DNA of 64,000 nt from an uncultured bacterium (GTDB taxonomy: Bacteria; Patescibacteriota; Minisyncoccia; UBA6257; 2-01-FULL-56-20): the NCBI GenBank assembly GCA_963844965.1, contig CAWJQC010000004.1:96001-160000 (forward strand), given 5' to 3'. Below the pieces are notes generated by a model. It ran no database searches and had not been told where the DNA came from. It saw nothing but the letters and a program-made list of their open reading frames with translations. A program made the position numbers and the translations under genes. Below, piece after piece: positions 47,100-57,984 of this stretch (position 1 is its first letter; each line of letters opens with the position of its first letter).

Positions 47100-47880
47100 C
47101 TAATTTGGGCGTTTAGATTTTCCTCTAATCCGAGGATGGAGCTGCCACACGGCAAAGCAACTTGCGCTTGGCTTCGTAGTCACAGCCAGAAATCCCCTGT
47201 TTTCCAAGGAACTTTTGGCCGTGACTACGATTTACGATTTTCAATGTACGCCAACATTATACATCCAAATAGTCTATTTTGTCAATCACCGCGGGCTAAA
47301 GCCCGCGGCTTGTGTTCGGCTCCTGTTCCCACTGGTTTCTGATATATTCTCTCATCGCTTTTTCGTTTTGACGGCCAACGGTTTCGGCAAAGTAACCATC
47401 CTGCCACAAGCTGTCTCCCCAGAGGAATTCTTCCAGCTCGGGAAATTCTTTTCTGACAGCCCTGGACGTACCGCCTTTGAGATAAAACACCGCTTTGGCA
47501 ACCGTCAGGGTAGCAGGAATTTGAAGCAATAGATGGACATGGTCGGGCATTATCTGCGCTTCATGGATGAACCATTTATTCATCTTGGCGGCTTGAAAGA
47601 ACAATGTCTTGAGTCGCCCGACCATGTCCCCTCGCAGTATCGAGCGGCGGTACTTTGGGCAGAAAACAACGTGGTACAAACATCGCGTATAGCTGTGGTT
47701 GCTTGGCCAGAATCCAGAGGGCATTATCTTCATTATCGCACCGGCAGAAACCAGTGGGAACAGGCAAATAAGCCCTCCGCCCCTCGCTTCGCTCGGGGCT
47801 ACGGGGTCGCCTTATCCTCGGCCTAAAGGCCGGGGCTTGCGGCGGAGCGGGTCAATGTACTATCTTGTCCTTGTTTTACA
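47100..47880. mobile_element. IS200/IS605-family element (tnpA only); approximate limits
   Basis: HUH Y1 transposase ORF; GC hairpin caccgcgggctaaagcccgcggc at 47287-47309; 20-bp inverted repeat cctgttcccactggtttctg at 47322 and 47745. Confidence 0.6.
47296..47733 (-). CDS. tnpA: IS200/IS605-family transposase TnpA (HUH Y1)
   Basis: ...YHVVFCPKYRR...HVHLLLQIP...GYFAETVG. Confidence 0.85.
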   Translation of the reverse strand: MKIMPSGFWPSNHSYTRCLYHVVFCPKYRRSILRGDMVGRLKTLFFQAAKMNKWFIHEAQIMPDHVHLLLQIPATLTVAKAVFYLKGGTSRAVRKEFPELEEFLWGDSLWQDGYFAETVGRQNEKAMREYIRNQWEQEPNTSRGL

Positions 47881-47966
47881 ATGAAAACTGCAATGGTACA
47901 TATCCATTTCTTGGGCATGGAGATCCCCCGCCTGCCGGTAGGCAGGTTCGCCGTGCTCAGGATGAC

Positions 47967-48003
47967 ATAAAAATCAGCGATTATATCTCGCTGATTTTTA
48001 TGT
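47967..48003. terminator. bidirectional rho-independent terminator (aaaaatcagcga...tcgctgattttt)
   Basis: 12-bp stem flanked by A- and T-runs at the rpoD 3' end. Confidence 0.6.
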
Positions 48004-49257
48004 CAGGTTCTCAAAACCTTCTAGTGCCTTTGATTTCCCATGCTCCCTAATTTTCTCCAGCGCCTTCGCCTCAATCTGGCGGATGCGCTCGCGCGTGACG
48101 CCGAAGGCCTTTCCCACTTCTTCAAGCGTGTGGTTCACGCCATCGTCCAAGCCGAAACGCATCTTGAGAATTTTCTGTTCGCGCTCCGCGAGGTCCACCA
48201 GAATTTCCTTTATCAAATCGCGGAGCAGGGCGTGCGCGGCGAGCTGAGCCGGTGTTTGGTTCCGCTCGTCGGGGATGAAATCGGAGAGCGTGGAGTCCTC
48301 CTCGTCGCCGATGGGAGTTTCAATGGACAGAACCTCCTGCGAAATTTTTTGGATGTGCCGCACCTTGTCCACTTCCAACCCCATCTCGGCGGCGATTTCT
48401 TCCGCCAAGGGTTCACGCCCGAGTTCCTGGATCAGCTGGCGGCGCGCCTGCGTGTATTTGGAAATCGTCTCCACCATGTGCACCGGAATGCGCACCGTGC
48501 GCGACTGGTCGGCGAGTGCCCGCGTAATCGCCTGCCGAATCCACCACGTCGCATACGTTGAAAATTTGAAACCCTTGCGGTAATCAAATTTCTCCACGGC
48601 GCGCGAAAGCCCGATATTCCCCTCCTGTATCAAGTCAAGAATGGAGAGGTGCGGCGTGCGGTTCACGTAACGCTTGGCGATGGAAACCACGAGTCGCAGG
48701 TTGGCTTTCATAAGTTTCTGGCGGGCGTCTTCGTCCCCACGCTCGGCGCGCTTCGCCAATTCTTTTTCTTCTGCCTTAATTAAGAGCGGGGTCTTCCCTA
48801 TTTCCTTGAGATATATCTGAACCGCGTCCGGCACCTCTCCTTCCATCGCCAAGGCGTCGTCCAATTCTTTTTGGGCGAGTTCTTCCTTTGAAAAGCCGAC
48901 GAGTGCGCTTGTTTCTATGACTTTGATGCCGGCTTTTTCCAGACGGTCGTACACTTCATCCAAAAACGCCACGTCGTCTTCTATTTTCGGAAAGTAATAG
49001 AGAATCTCATTATCTGTCACAAAACCGCGCGGCTTCCCGCGTTCCAAAAGTTCCTTCAGGGATTCTTCGCGCGCCTCGGCCGCCGCCGCGGCTTTCCTGC
49101 CTAAACGGCGGGTCTTGCGCTTGGCTTTCTTCGGCTTCGCCGAAGACCGTCGTTCCCCCCTGTGCTTGCGGTACTTCCCGCGTTTTTTCCCGGACTTTTT
49201 ATTTTCCATAACTTTATCATAAAAAACTCCCAAAACTTCACACCATATACGAAGCAA
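47998..49257 (-). CDS. rpoD: RNA polymerase sigma-70 factor
   Basis: Regions 1.2-4 present: ...[40 protein letters not shown]... Confidence 0.85.
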   Translation of the reverse strand: MLRIWCEVLGVFYDKVMENKKSGKKRGKYRKHRGERRSSAKPKKAKRKTRRLGRKAAAAAEAREESLKELLERGKPRGFVTDNEILYYFPKIEDDVAFLDEVYDRLEKAGIKVIETSALVGFSKEELAQKELDDALAMEGEVPDAVQIYLKEIGKTPLLIKAEEKELAKRAERGDEDARQKLMKANLRLVVSIAKRYVNRTPHLSILDLIQEGNIGLSRAVEKFDYRKGFKFSTYATWWIRQAITRALADQSRTVRIPVHMVETISKYTQARRQLIQELGREPLAEEIAAEMGLEVDKVRHIQKISQEVLSIETPIGDEEDSTLSDFIPDERNQTPAQLAAHALLRDLIKEILVDLAEREQKILKMRFGLDDGVNHTLEEVGKAFGVTRERIRQIEAKALEKIREHGKSKALEGFENLT

Positions 49258-49341
49258 TTATGGACATTTTATTAATAGAATACAGGTGTTTCCATAATTT
49301 TTCAACCCAATCGCAGAAGTTAAATGAACAAGCGCGAAACA

Positions 49342-49818
49342 TTAAAACCAGCTGGCGTTATTCACAATCAAACCTCCCAAGTATTTGCTTAACAATACAA
49401 TAACAAGGGCGACGGCGGCGTGCTCAACAATTATCGGCAAAGGAGCCACCCGTTTCCTTTCGGCGACGGCGCGGCTCACTAACGACAAAACCGCCAGGCC
49501 GTACACAAGAGAGGCAAGAATCGCAATATTTAAGGGAAGGAGGGCGACAATAATGACAAATCCAAGCGAAACAATCAGCCGGCTGACGAAATTGGTGAAA
49601 GTGGATATCCAAACGTTGCGTGAATTCTGCCCTTCCGATTCCTGAAATATATGGATCCCAAGAGAGTCGGATAAATTATCCGCGATGGCGATCACAAACA
49701 AGCCGTCTATGATGCCCACCTTGGCGTTGACCGCCGAGCTGAGTCCCGTAATCAGGGCCATGTTGGTGATTATCGCCGACGCACTTCCGAAACTTATCCT
49801 GGTTAGGGGCAATTTCAT
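49342..49818 (-). CDS. small multi-TM membrane protein (VIT/DUF125-like?)
   Basis: Hydrophobic; weak resemblance only. Confidence 0.3.
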   Translation of the reverse strand: MKLPLTRISFGSASAIITNMALITGLSSAVNAKVGIIDGLFVIAIADNLSDSLGIHIFQESEGQNSRNVWISTFTNFVSRLIVSLGFVIIVALLPLNIAILASLVYGLAVLSLVSRAVAERKRVAPLPIIVEHAAVALVIVLLSKYLGGLIVNNASWF

Positions 49819-49879
49819 TTATTAAAATCGAAAAAAATAATTTAACCGATCCAGATTACGATTTGGATAGTGATATTTT

Positions 49880-51625
49880 CTAAGATTCGTACACGGGCGC
49901 TGACAGGCCGTTCAGCTTCTCATTGATGCTCTGCAATTCCCGAATGGCGGATTCGCGGCCGGCTTCGTCGCCCACATCCTCGCGCTGCTTGACCTCATCC
50001 GCGAGCCGGCGTCTTTCTTCTTTGCAATGTTCTTTGATCAGCTCCGTTTTCAGCTCACCAAGTTCCTGCGCGCCGATATCAGCCGCACCAAGCACGATAA
50101 AATCCAAGAATCTCGTCCAAGGCGGGATCCGGAAGCTTCCTTTCTCCCTTTTGGAGAGCTTCCAAAATTTTTCCGCAATCCTTCGCAAGATAAGGAACAA
50201 TGTCATCCAAAATGCCGTAGTCGCTCTTCGCAACCGCCGCGCGCAGGAGAGTTTCGCTCACAAGTTCGCGCCGCGAATATTTCCGCGCGTGCGCATTCGA
50301 GACGTCCGTATCTTTTGAAAAGTCGCTGGTTTTAGATTCCGGTTTCGGCAAATTCATTTTTTCTGATTCCTCAATCAAAATCTTTTCGTCAATGCGCGCG
50401 CGCTTGGAAAGTTCCTTGAGCCAGAAACTTCTCTCAATCGGACTGGAGATGTTCACGATCTTGCCCAGCACAAGCCGCACATTATGGAGACCCCTGCGGC
50501 TGGAATAATCGGCTGAATTGCCTTTTTCCAAGTACTTGTCAAGATAGAATGCCATCGCCGGCACGGCTTCCTTGATGGCTTTCGTGAGATTTTCCGCTCC
50601 GGCTTCCGCGGCTTCGGCGGGATCCTTGAAGTCGGCGAACGTCGCGACCTTGACGCTGAAATCGTTGGCTTCAGCGAGGTCAATCGCCCGCTCCGAGGCC
50701 GCGGAACCGGCCGCGTCGGAATCAAAACTCAAAATAATTTCCTCGGTAAGGCGCTTAATACTCTAAGATGGTCGGCCGTAAGCGCGGTGCCGGAAGTCGC
50801 CACGGCATTCTTCACTCCGGCTTGCCAGCTCGCGAGAAAATCCATCTGCCCCTCCACGAGGAAAACCGAGCCGGCGTCGTGTATGGAATTTTTGCTTTTC
50901 CAAAATCCGTAGAGGAGACGGGACTTGTTAAAGATTGGCGTCTCCGGCGAATTCACGTACTTGCCGACGTTCTCGTTCTCAAACTGAGGAAGCAGCCGCC
51001 CGGTAAAGCCGACCACCTTGCCGAAATGATTGTGGATGGGAAACATTATCCGGCCGCGGAACCTGTCAAGAAGCAGGCCGCGCTCGGTTTTCACCGCGAG
51101 CCCGGCGCGTAAAATATCGTCCGGCGCGTAGCCCCTGTTCAAAAAATGCATGGAGAGCGCTTCCGGCTCGTTCGGCGCCCAGCCCAATTCAAACTCGTCT
51201 ATGGTTTCGGGTTTTAGCTGCCGGCCCACGAGATACTTCTTCACGACGGGAGTGCTCGTGAGCGCTTTGATATAAAATTCTTTCGCGGCGTTCTGAAGTT
51301 CAAATAAAAGTCCCGTATATTTGTGTTCGGCGGGATCAAGCCGCCTTAACTCCACGCCCGCCTTCTCGGCCAAAATCCGCAAGGCCTCGCCGAATTCCAG
51401 ATTCTCGTAGCGCATGACGAATCCGAAAATGTCGCCGCCCAAACCGCAGCCGAAGCAATGCCAGGACTGCCGTTCCGGCGAAACCATGAAAGAAGGCGTC
51501 TTCTCCTTATGGAAAGGGCAGGATGCCTTGAAATTTTTTCCGGCCGGCTGCAAATTCAAATACCCGCGCAGGAACTGCACTATGTCCAATTTCTCCTTGA
51601 TAAGCTCGGTGGTGGAGGAAGGCAT
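49880..51625 (-). CDS. dnaG: DNA primase (three ORFs joined by two apparent frameshifts at ~50730 and ~50100-50230)
   Basis: Zinc-binding CPFHKEKTPSF...CFGCG, Toprim EGQMDFLAS...SFDSDAAG continuing across the frame change. Confidence 0.7.
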
Positions 51626-51696
51626 TTGTCTTCATTGTAGGTTGTAAATTGGAAATTGGAAATTGGTTTCTGTGCGTATCTTGGGCAAGAGATAGG

Positions 51697-51725
51697 TCAA
51701 TCATCTTGACGCATGCCCGAGGCTT
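51697..51725 (+). promoter_or_regulatory. sigma-70-type promoter TTGACG-17 nt-TAGAAT, followed by AAGGAGG RBS
   Basis: cttgacgcatgcccgaggcttcgctagaatc, 36 nt upstream of ATG 51762. Confidence 0.55.
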
Positions 51726-51761
51726 CGCTAGAATCATGGAAGTCCATTAAGGAGGCGGGTC

Positions 51762-52109
51762 ATGAAACGAAAAACTGGCTGCCTTTTCGTTCCTCTTACG
51801 AAAAGCGCCTTTGAAGATTTTCTGCGCGGGAAGTCGTGGGAGTTGCGGAAGGCGGAACGGCAATGGAACGAAAGACAAATTGTTAGCGGTAAAAAGGCAA
51901 TACTCTCGCGCGGCTATAATGGCCCGCGCATTGAAGGACTCACCGTCGGTAAAGTTGTTTTCGGCGCTCTTCGGGAAATTTTTGAAAAGGTGCCGTGGCA
52001 AAAAATTGAACCTCGTGCGCAAAACAGGGCTGAGGCGATAAAGATGAATCGGCTGCTTTTGGGCAAGGCGCGGCGTTATGTCGCATTCCGAGTGTACGTC
52101 AAATTTTGA
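51762..52109 (+). CDS. hypothetical protein (possibly ASCH/PUA-like)
   Basis: ORF with strong promoter/RBS; fold assignment weak. Confidence 0.4.
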   Translation: MKRKTGCLFVPLTKSAFEDFLRGKSWELRKAERQWNERQIVSGKKAILSRGYNGPRIEGLTVGKVVFGALREIFEKVPWQKIEPRAQNRAEAIKMNRLLLGKARRYVAFRVYVKF

Positions 52110-52112
52110 CCG

Positions 52113-52150
52113 CGGTCCGATAGAATCGGGCCGTTTTTTATTACACAACA
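52113..52150 (+). terminator. rho-independent terminator (cggtccgatagaatcgggccg + TTTTTTATT)
   Basis: Stem-loop plus T-run. Confidence 0.55.
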
Positions 52151-52290
52151 ATCGGCAACGAAAAATAACGAAAAATTAAGTGTTAATCCCTTTCTCTTCC
52201 CTTCCGATTCAACCCAGATTTTTCCGCTCATTTTTCCTACACAAACAATAAAATAAAAGCTCCGACGCCGGTCGGAGCACAATCATCGTC

Positions 52291-52944
52291 TCAACGCACA
52301 AATAAATTCATTGCGGTCAATATTAAACCGGCAGCGACGGGACATAACCACAAATTATCCTCACCGTCCGTCAACTTTCCTTCAACAATTGTCAGAACAC
52401 CAGCCATCAGCAGGCTAAACAGAAACGCTTCAATAAGCGACGCGTGGGCAAGAGCCAAAATCACGAAGCCGATGAGAACGGCGCTTGCAAAAAACGCCGC
52501 GCTTCCGGCATATGACTTATCGGCGCATAAAAGCCGGCGAAATTTTCTTATGCCATACCTTTGGCCAATAATACTTGCCAAGGCGTCGCTTATTCCCAAA
52601 ACCAGCACGCCGTATACGTATTGCGACACATTTGGAAAAAATAGGGCTGTTACAAGAACTCCAAGCGGAAAATAAATCTCGCCGTAGGTATGGCGCCTAA
52701 CGCCATGCATTGAGCTGAAAACATTGTACCTTATGGATAAACATATTATCGCCACAAAACATGAACTAAGAAAGGCGATCTGGTCAAACGACATATATCT
52801 CGGCAATAATGCTGAGATAACCCCTGCGGTAATATGAATTATTCTCCGGGAGACATCTTTGCTCAAAGGCGAACTTTTCACGATGAGCTCCATCAATCCC
52901 AGCAATGCAAGATAGACCGCTGCCGCGATAAGCATCGCTATCAT
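52291..52944 (-). CDS. CTP-dependent polyprenol kinase / CdsA-family membrane protein
   Basis: Multi-TM; C-terminal DALASIIGQRYG (DxxAxxxGxxxG) motif. Confidence 0.5.
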   Translation of the reverse strand: MIAMLIAAAVYLALLGLMELIVKSSPLSKDVSRRIIHITAGVISALLPRYMSFDQIAFLSSCFVAIICLSIRYNVFSSMHGVRRHTYGEIYFPLGVLVTALFFPNVSQYVYGVLVLGISDALASIIGQRYGIRKFRRLLCADKSYAGSAAFFASAVLIGFVILALAHASLIEAFLFSLLMAGVLTIVEGKLTDGEDNLWLCPVAAGLILTAMNLFVR

Positions 52945-53056
52945 TGGTTATCCTCCTCTCCTGTCAACGTAAAATAGCCAATAAAAACATAGCGCAGACA
53001 GACCTCCGCGTCAATCCGGAGCCAAATCAGACCAACCGCTTACCAACAATGAAAAA

Positions 53057-54061
53057 CTAAATAATAATCACGCCTGTATAGGCGAAATGCTGATTGAGCA
53101 CGATAAGCAATCCGACGATGAGAATGACGAGCATGCCGCCCAAAATCACCTGCGAATGCTGAATGTGAATTTTTATGAATACATTAAGGACGAGAGCGGC
53201 GGCGAAAATCAAAACAACCGCCAGATAAAAATAATCAATGGTGCGGCGCGGATTCGCGGCCGCGCGCTGGACGATATTGGCCTGTTCCGTGTTGACTTGC
53301 TCCGCATGTGCAAGCGGAGCGGGCGTTGCTGTCGCTTCCGAAGCGATCCCGGTTCCGGCTCCTTTCACGGCAACAAAGAGATCTCCGCCGGTCGTTGAAG
53401 CCATCATGAGTTCCGGCGCGGGCTTCGCGGACACCTCCGGCGGGCGCGCGGCTGCCGCGGCAATCGGTGCGACCGCGGACGGCGGCGCCGGCTTTCCGAA
53501 AAGTTCAACCACGTAAACAGCTGGCTGGCCGTTAAATTCCCCCTGGGCGGTAGCCATACCAATATCGGTGAAGCCGGCGTTCGTAATATTCGCCCTATGT
53601 TCGGGAGAACTAAGCCAGGCATCGGTAACGTTTTGCGAATCCGAAAAGTTCACGGCGAGATTTTCGCCGGCGGCGAGAAAATTGTATCCGACTTTTTCAA
53701 ACCAATACCACGGAGTGACGCCGGAGGGACTCGTATGCGCGAAATAATTGTTCGCCACCATATCGTTCGCCTTGGCCTGCGCCGCCGCATCAAGAAGATA
53801 ATTCTCGCGGAGCACGTACAAATTGTTCGCGGCCCGGGCGGCATTGGTTTCGTCAATCAGCGCGTTCACGAGGACAATGCCAAAAAACTTTGAACGCGTG
53901 ATGACGGCGGACGAGCCGAAAATAAAAAGCGACTCCAGAGCGAGGGCAATGATAATCACGAACGCCACTATCCGCGGCCGCAGAATATGCGGCTTGTAAT
54001 CGTTCTCTTCGTGGGGAATGAAATATTTTTTCAGTTTCCTCGTTATGCCACCCATGGCCAT
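53057..54061 (-). CDS. CAP/SCP/PR1-like domain membrane protein
   Basis: ...ETNAARAANNL..LDAAAQAKANDMVANNYFAHTSPSGVTPWYW..., TM helices at both ends; start uncertain. Confidence 0.55.
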   Translation of the reverse strand: MAMGGITRKLKKYFIPHEENDYKPHILRPRIVAFVIIIALALESLFIFGSSAVITRSKFFGIVLVNALIDETNAARAANNLYVLRENYLLDAAAQAKANDMVANNYFAHTSPSGVTPWYWFEKVGYNFLAAGENLAVNFSDSQNVTDAWLSSPEHRANITNAGFTDIGMATAQGEFNGQPAVYVVELFGKPAPPSAVAPIAAAAARPPEVSAKPAPELMMASTTGGDLFVAVKGAGTGIASEATATPAPLAHAEQVNTEQANIVQRAAANPRRTIDYFYLAVVLIFAAALVLNVFIKIHIQHSQVILGGMLVILIVGLLIVLNQHFAYTGVIII

Positions 54062-54145
54062 ATTATACCACATAAACCTTGAAAACACAACCGCCCCGTC
54101 ATCCATATGGATGACGGGGCGGTTGCTGATTTTTACAGTCAGTCG

Positions 54146-57100
54146 TTACGGCAATTGCGGGATCTGAAGATTCAGAGAAGGGCACATGAGCATGTTGATC
54201 CACCACCTCGTTGTCTTGTAGACGTAACCTGTGGCGATGGTGTTGCTCTTAAGACCGTGCGGTACCCACGGCTCAAGCACCTTAATGTTGTACTTCAACT
54301 GAAATTGTATCACGGCGTTGTACGTCAAACTTCCATAATATCCGGTGACGGGAAGGTTAATCCCCAAATTCTGATTTAGGAATTCCTGAAGTTTTTTCAC
54401 TTCACTTGGATCGTTGTTCGCTCCAAGCTTGATGTAATCTCTGAGGTACATGCCGCAGCTCACTGAAGCGCCGAGTACTTGTCCGCCTGTTTGTCCGCCC
54501 AAAAGCTGAATTGAATCATCGGCAGTCCCGATATCAGTATTGGTTACGGAGCGGTACTTAACATACACGGTCTCCGTACCCTGTGTGGACCCGATAACCC
54601 ACGGCTTAGTGGTAACGTACGGCTCCCATGTGGCGCCGGCGAAATCCGGAGTGTTGGAGAGTTCCATCGTGTACGCGCCTGTTCCGTAAAGGGACAGCGT
54701 CACGCTCGTGGTCGCGGTTGAAGGAGCTCCACTATCAATGGAGATGCTATATGCCGATCCACCGCCGCCACCCAAAACCGTAGAGCCTCCTCCGCCACCT
54801 CCGCCACCGCCTCCACCACAATTTGACGTGCAGGGTGCGGCTTGAACCGCAATCGAAACTGAAGACGAATTATTGGCGGGGTCATCTACAAGTGAATCCA
54901 ATTCCTTGATCGTCGCGGTATTTGTGAGCGTTGTCCCCGCAGTCTGCGGGAGAACCGTCACTGAAATAACGAGTGTTGCCGTGGCGTTCGGTGAGATTGT
55001 TCCGACGCTCCATCCGATGGTAGCGCCCATACTGGAAGTACCCTGTGATGAAGTTATGGAGTTTACGCTCAAGCCGATCGGGAGGATATCGTTTACTACA
55101 ACGTATGTGGAAGTCACGGAACCGAGGTCGGTCGCGGTTAGGGTATATGTTATCGTATCGCCGCCTTTCGGATTTGCATTATCCACCGTCTTTGTGATCG
55201 CGACGTCCGCCGTGTTATTTGCTATTGCCGTTGGCGTGAAGGTCACAGAGCATGTCGTGCTCGCGGAAAGCGTCCCTGCGCAACCGCTGGAAGTCGCAAC
55301 CACGTAGTTGGAACTCGCCGCCGTAACGCCATAGAGGTCATTTGTAGGAAGAACGAACAATCCCGTGCCGTTACCGGTGGACGTTGACTGCGTTGCGGAA
55401 GCCGTTGAATCCAAAACCGTGATCGTCGCGGTATCGCTCGCGTTGAGGCCGCTCACGGAAACCGAGAGTGTGCTTGTCGTGTTTAGGGCAGGCGATCCTC
55501 CGGTCCCCACCAATACAGTTGCGTCTGACGAATTGTTCCCCAAATTAGGATCGGTGGTTGAAGAATTCTCACCGACCGAAGCTGTATTGGTTATCGTCCC
55601 CGTGGCGTTCACCACTGCCGCGATCGCCAATGTCGCCGTAGAGCTCACAGGCATGTCGCCTATCATCCAGCTTCCTGTTGAACTCACGTAGCTTCCTTCG
55701 GAATTGGAAGAAGTGGCATTCAGGAAAGTGAGACCGGAAGGCAGAGTGTCGGTAGCTACTACGCCGGTTGACGTAGAAGGGCCGAGCGCCGTCACGGTAA
55801 GCGTATAGTGAACGGTGCCGCCTTCAACGGTTGAAGTCACGTCGGCCACTTTAGCGATGGAGATGTCGGCGGAAGGAATGGTTGAGGTGGGAGTCGGAAC
55901 CGGCGCGCCGCATGAAGAACCGGCTTCGGTCACGGTGAGCTTGTAAAGCAAACCGGCCGGATTTGACTGAGCCGTAGAGCTCGCCAGACCAAAGTTCGTC
56001 ACCGTAAGCGCCAGATGATTCACACCCTGGTGCACCGCGGATAACGCGTCAACGTGCCCCTCGTTCTCGAGGAAATAGTTGAATTCACCAGAGTTGAGAG
56101 CCACGTCCGTCCCATTCAGCGCCGCATCGTACGAATTATCTGCCGCGATATCAAGATGGGCCGCGAGAGGACCGCCAGTCACCATAAAGTCCTTAGTGAA
56201 TGTGAATGTCTGGTTATGCGCCGGGTCAGTCACGTAAGGCGTCGCCCAAATCCACGTCGCGCCAGGAATTGAGGCGGTCCAACGCGAATCGTAGGGCGTC
56301 GCGACGAGCGCCGCCGAGCTGCCGTTTACCATGTTCGTCGCATCGCTCACGATGACATCCGAACAAGTAGCAGCCGGCGCAGGCGTCGCGGTTATAGACG
56401 ATGTCGCATTGTTGTTTGTCGTGTTCGGATCGGTGGTTGAAGAATTCTCACCGACCGAAGCTGTATTGGTTATCGTCCCCGTGGCGTTCACCACTGCCGC
56501 GATCGCCAATGTCGCCGTAGAGCTCACAGGCATGTCGCCTATCATCCAGCTTCCTGTTGAACTCACGTAGCTTCCTTCGGAATTGGAAGAAGTGGCATTC
56601 AGGAAAGTGAGACCGGAAGGCAGAGTGTCGGTAGCTACTACGCCGGTTGACGTAGAAGGGCCGAGCGCCGTCACGGTAAGCGTATAGTGAACGGTGCCGC
56701 CTTCAACGGTTGAAGTCACGTCGGCCACTTTAGCGATGGAGATGTCGGCGGAAGGAATGGTTGAGGTGGGAGTGGAGGTTGAAATCGCGCCGAGGAACCG
56801 ATTGAGAACGATAAGCTGCCGCGTGGGCCGCGATGCCTCAAGATAGATGTCTCCGTCGGCGTTCGTATTCCTTAGACCATCGTTCGTCGGATCGTTGTCA
56901 AACAATTGCCCGCTGTAGGAGAAAAAATCGGATGTCGCATTTGCGGTAACTGTGTCCTGGTCGTTGTAAAGCGGCATTGCCCAGTTGTAGCTCGAGCTCG
57001 CAATCCGCTCCTCGCCATAGTAATAATGGCCAAGCGCGAGATTGTTGTAAGTCACGCACTGGGCGTTCGCCGCGGACGCGCCGAAAAGCTCTGCGTTCGC

Positions 57101-57670
57101 GGAAAGTGGGGTCGTGAAAACCGCGGTAGGCAGTAATCCTGCCGCAGCGGCCGTTGTTGAGGGCACGGAAACGAAGCCGGGAACCGTAAAGGTCTGCCCC
57201 GGAAACGCCGTGCCGTCCACGACCGTGCCGCTCGCATTCACAATCGCCTTGCAGACGCTTATAGACCCCGTCGTTGGCGCGGGAGGAACGAAGGTATCGG
57301 TGATGACGCAGGTCTTCGCGTCTTTTCTTTCCATCGTTCCCGAACAGTCAGCGGAAAAACCAGCAGTGTAATCCGAACTTGAAGCCTGACTAACGTGGTA
57401 CGTTCCGGTTCCCATTGAGACCAAGGTTCCGGAAGCGGAACCCTGGAACGTTGACGGAGAAGGATTGTCGCCGGAAACCATCACTGTAAAATCGGAGGCG
57501 GATTTGGTGCCGCCACCGGTGTTCACGACGTTCACGACAACTGTAAGCTTGGCGCAAGAATCAGAATCCTCGCCGCAACTGCATGCATATGTTTTTGTCG
57601 CCGCGAGGATCGCCGACCAGAGAAGAATTCCAGTAATAATCAGACCTGTAATCGCAATCTTTCTTTTCAT
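54146..57670 (-). CDS. giant cell-surface protein with DUF11 repeats, poly-Gly tract and C-terminal peptidoglycan-binding domain
   Basis: Signal peptide; repeated ...ADISIAKVADVTSTVEGGTVHYTLTVTALGPSTSTGVVATDTLPSGLT... (DUF11); C-terminal ...LQEFLNQNLGINLPVTGYYGSLTYNAVIQFQ (PG_binding_1-like). Confidence 0.65.
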   Translation of the reverse strand: MKRKIAITGLIITGILLWSAILAATKTYACSCGEDSDSCAKLTVVVNVVNTGGGTKSASDFTVMVSGDNPSPSTFQGSASGTLVSMGTGTYHVSQASSSDYTAGFSADCSGTMERKDAKTCVITDTFVPPAPTTGSISVCKAIVNASGTVVDGTAFPGQTFTVPGFVSVPSTTAAAAGLLPTAVFTTPLSANAELFGASAANAQCVTYNNLALGHYYYGEERIASSSYNWAMPLYNDQDTVTANATSDFFSYSGQLFDNDPTNDGLRNTNADGDIYLEASRPTRQLIVLNRFLGAISTSTPTSTIPSADISIAKVADVTSTVEGGTVHYTLTVTALGPSTSTGVVATDTLPSGLTFLNATSSNSEGSYVSSTGSWMIGDMPVSSTATLAIAAVVNATGTITNTASVGENSSTTDPNTTNNNATSSITATPAPAATCSDVIVSDATNMVNGSSAALVATPYDSRWTASIPGATWIWATPYVTDPAHNQTFTFTKDFMVTGGPLAAHLDIAADNSYDAALNGTDVALNSGEFNYFLENEGHVDALSAVHQGVNHLALTVTNFGLASSTAQSNPAGLLYKLTVTEAGSSCGAPVPTPTSTIPSADISIAKVADVTSTVEGGTVHYTLTVTALGPSTSTGVVATDTLPSGLTFLNATSSNSEGSYVSSTGSWMIGDMPVSSTATLAIAAVVNATGTITNTASVGENSSTTDPNLGNNSSDATVLVGTGGSPALNTTSTLSVSVSGLNASDTATITVLDSTASATQSTSTGNGTGLFVLPTNDLYGVTAASSNYVVATSSGCAGTLSASTTCSVTFTPTAIANNTADVAITKTVDNANPKGGDTITYTLTATDLGSVTSTYVVVNDILPIGLSVNSITSSQGTSSMGATIGWSVGTISPNATATLVISVTVLPQTAGTTLTNTATIKELDSLVDDPANNSSSVSIAVQAAPCTSNCGGGGGGGGGGGSTVLGGGGGSAYSISIDSGAPSTATTSVTLSLYGTGAYTMELSNTPDFAGATWEPYVTTKPWVIGSTQGTETVYVKYRSVTNTDIGTADDSIQLLGGQTGGQVLGASVSCGMYLRDYIKLGANNDPSEVKKLQEFLNQNLGINLPVTGYYGSLTYNAVIQFQLKYNIKVLEPWVPHGLKSNTIATGYVYKTTRWWINMLMCPSLNLQIPQLP
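55548..55893. repeat. ~346-bp exact internal repeat (second copy 56427-56773) inside the DUF11 protein gene
   Basis: Identical DNA over the whole length, encoding a duplicated DUF11 module. Confidence 0.85.
56427..56773. repeat. second copy of 346-bp internal repeat
   Basis: See 55548-55893. Confidence 0.85.
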
Positions 57671-57984
57671 GGATATTCATTTTTATTATTTATTTTTCGA
57701 CCTTTGAATTTATATTCAGTTCTCAAAGGACGAAAAATATTTTCAAGGAACAAAGCACTCTTTTAAACCAAGAGTGCTTTAGAGCATCCCATTGCTTAAC
57801 CAAAATAAGTTACGAAGCGGCCGTGAAACATAGACCGCTCTGACCTATTATGGTTCAAGAATACTCCGTTTTTCTACCATAGGACACGTGAAAAAGCAAA
57901 ACCGTGTGTCAATACCCGCAACCCGCCGTGGCAATTGCCGCCGCGCGGAAATTTTCTATCAGTAAAAATTGGAGCGAAAATATA

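Noticed and set aside
47322-47764. Treating the 20-bp inverted repeat as the true ends of a 443-bp minimal IS
   Set aside because: The left repeat lies inside the tnpA coding end and the stop codon is outside it, so the element must extend further. The repeat is more likely an internal or mRNA-level feature.
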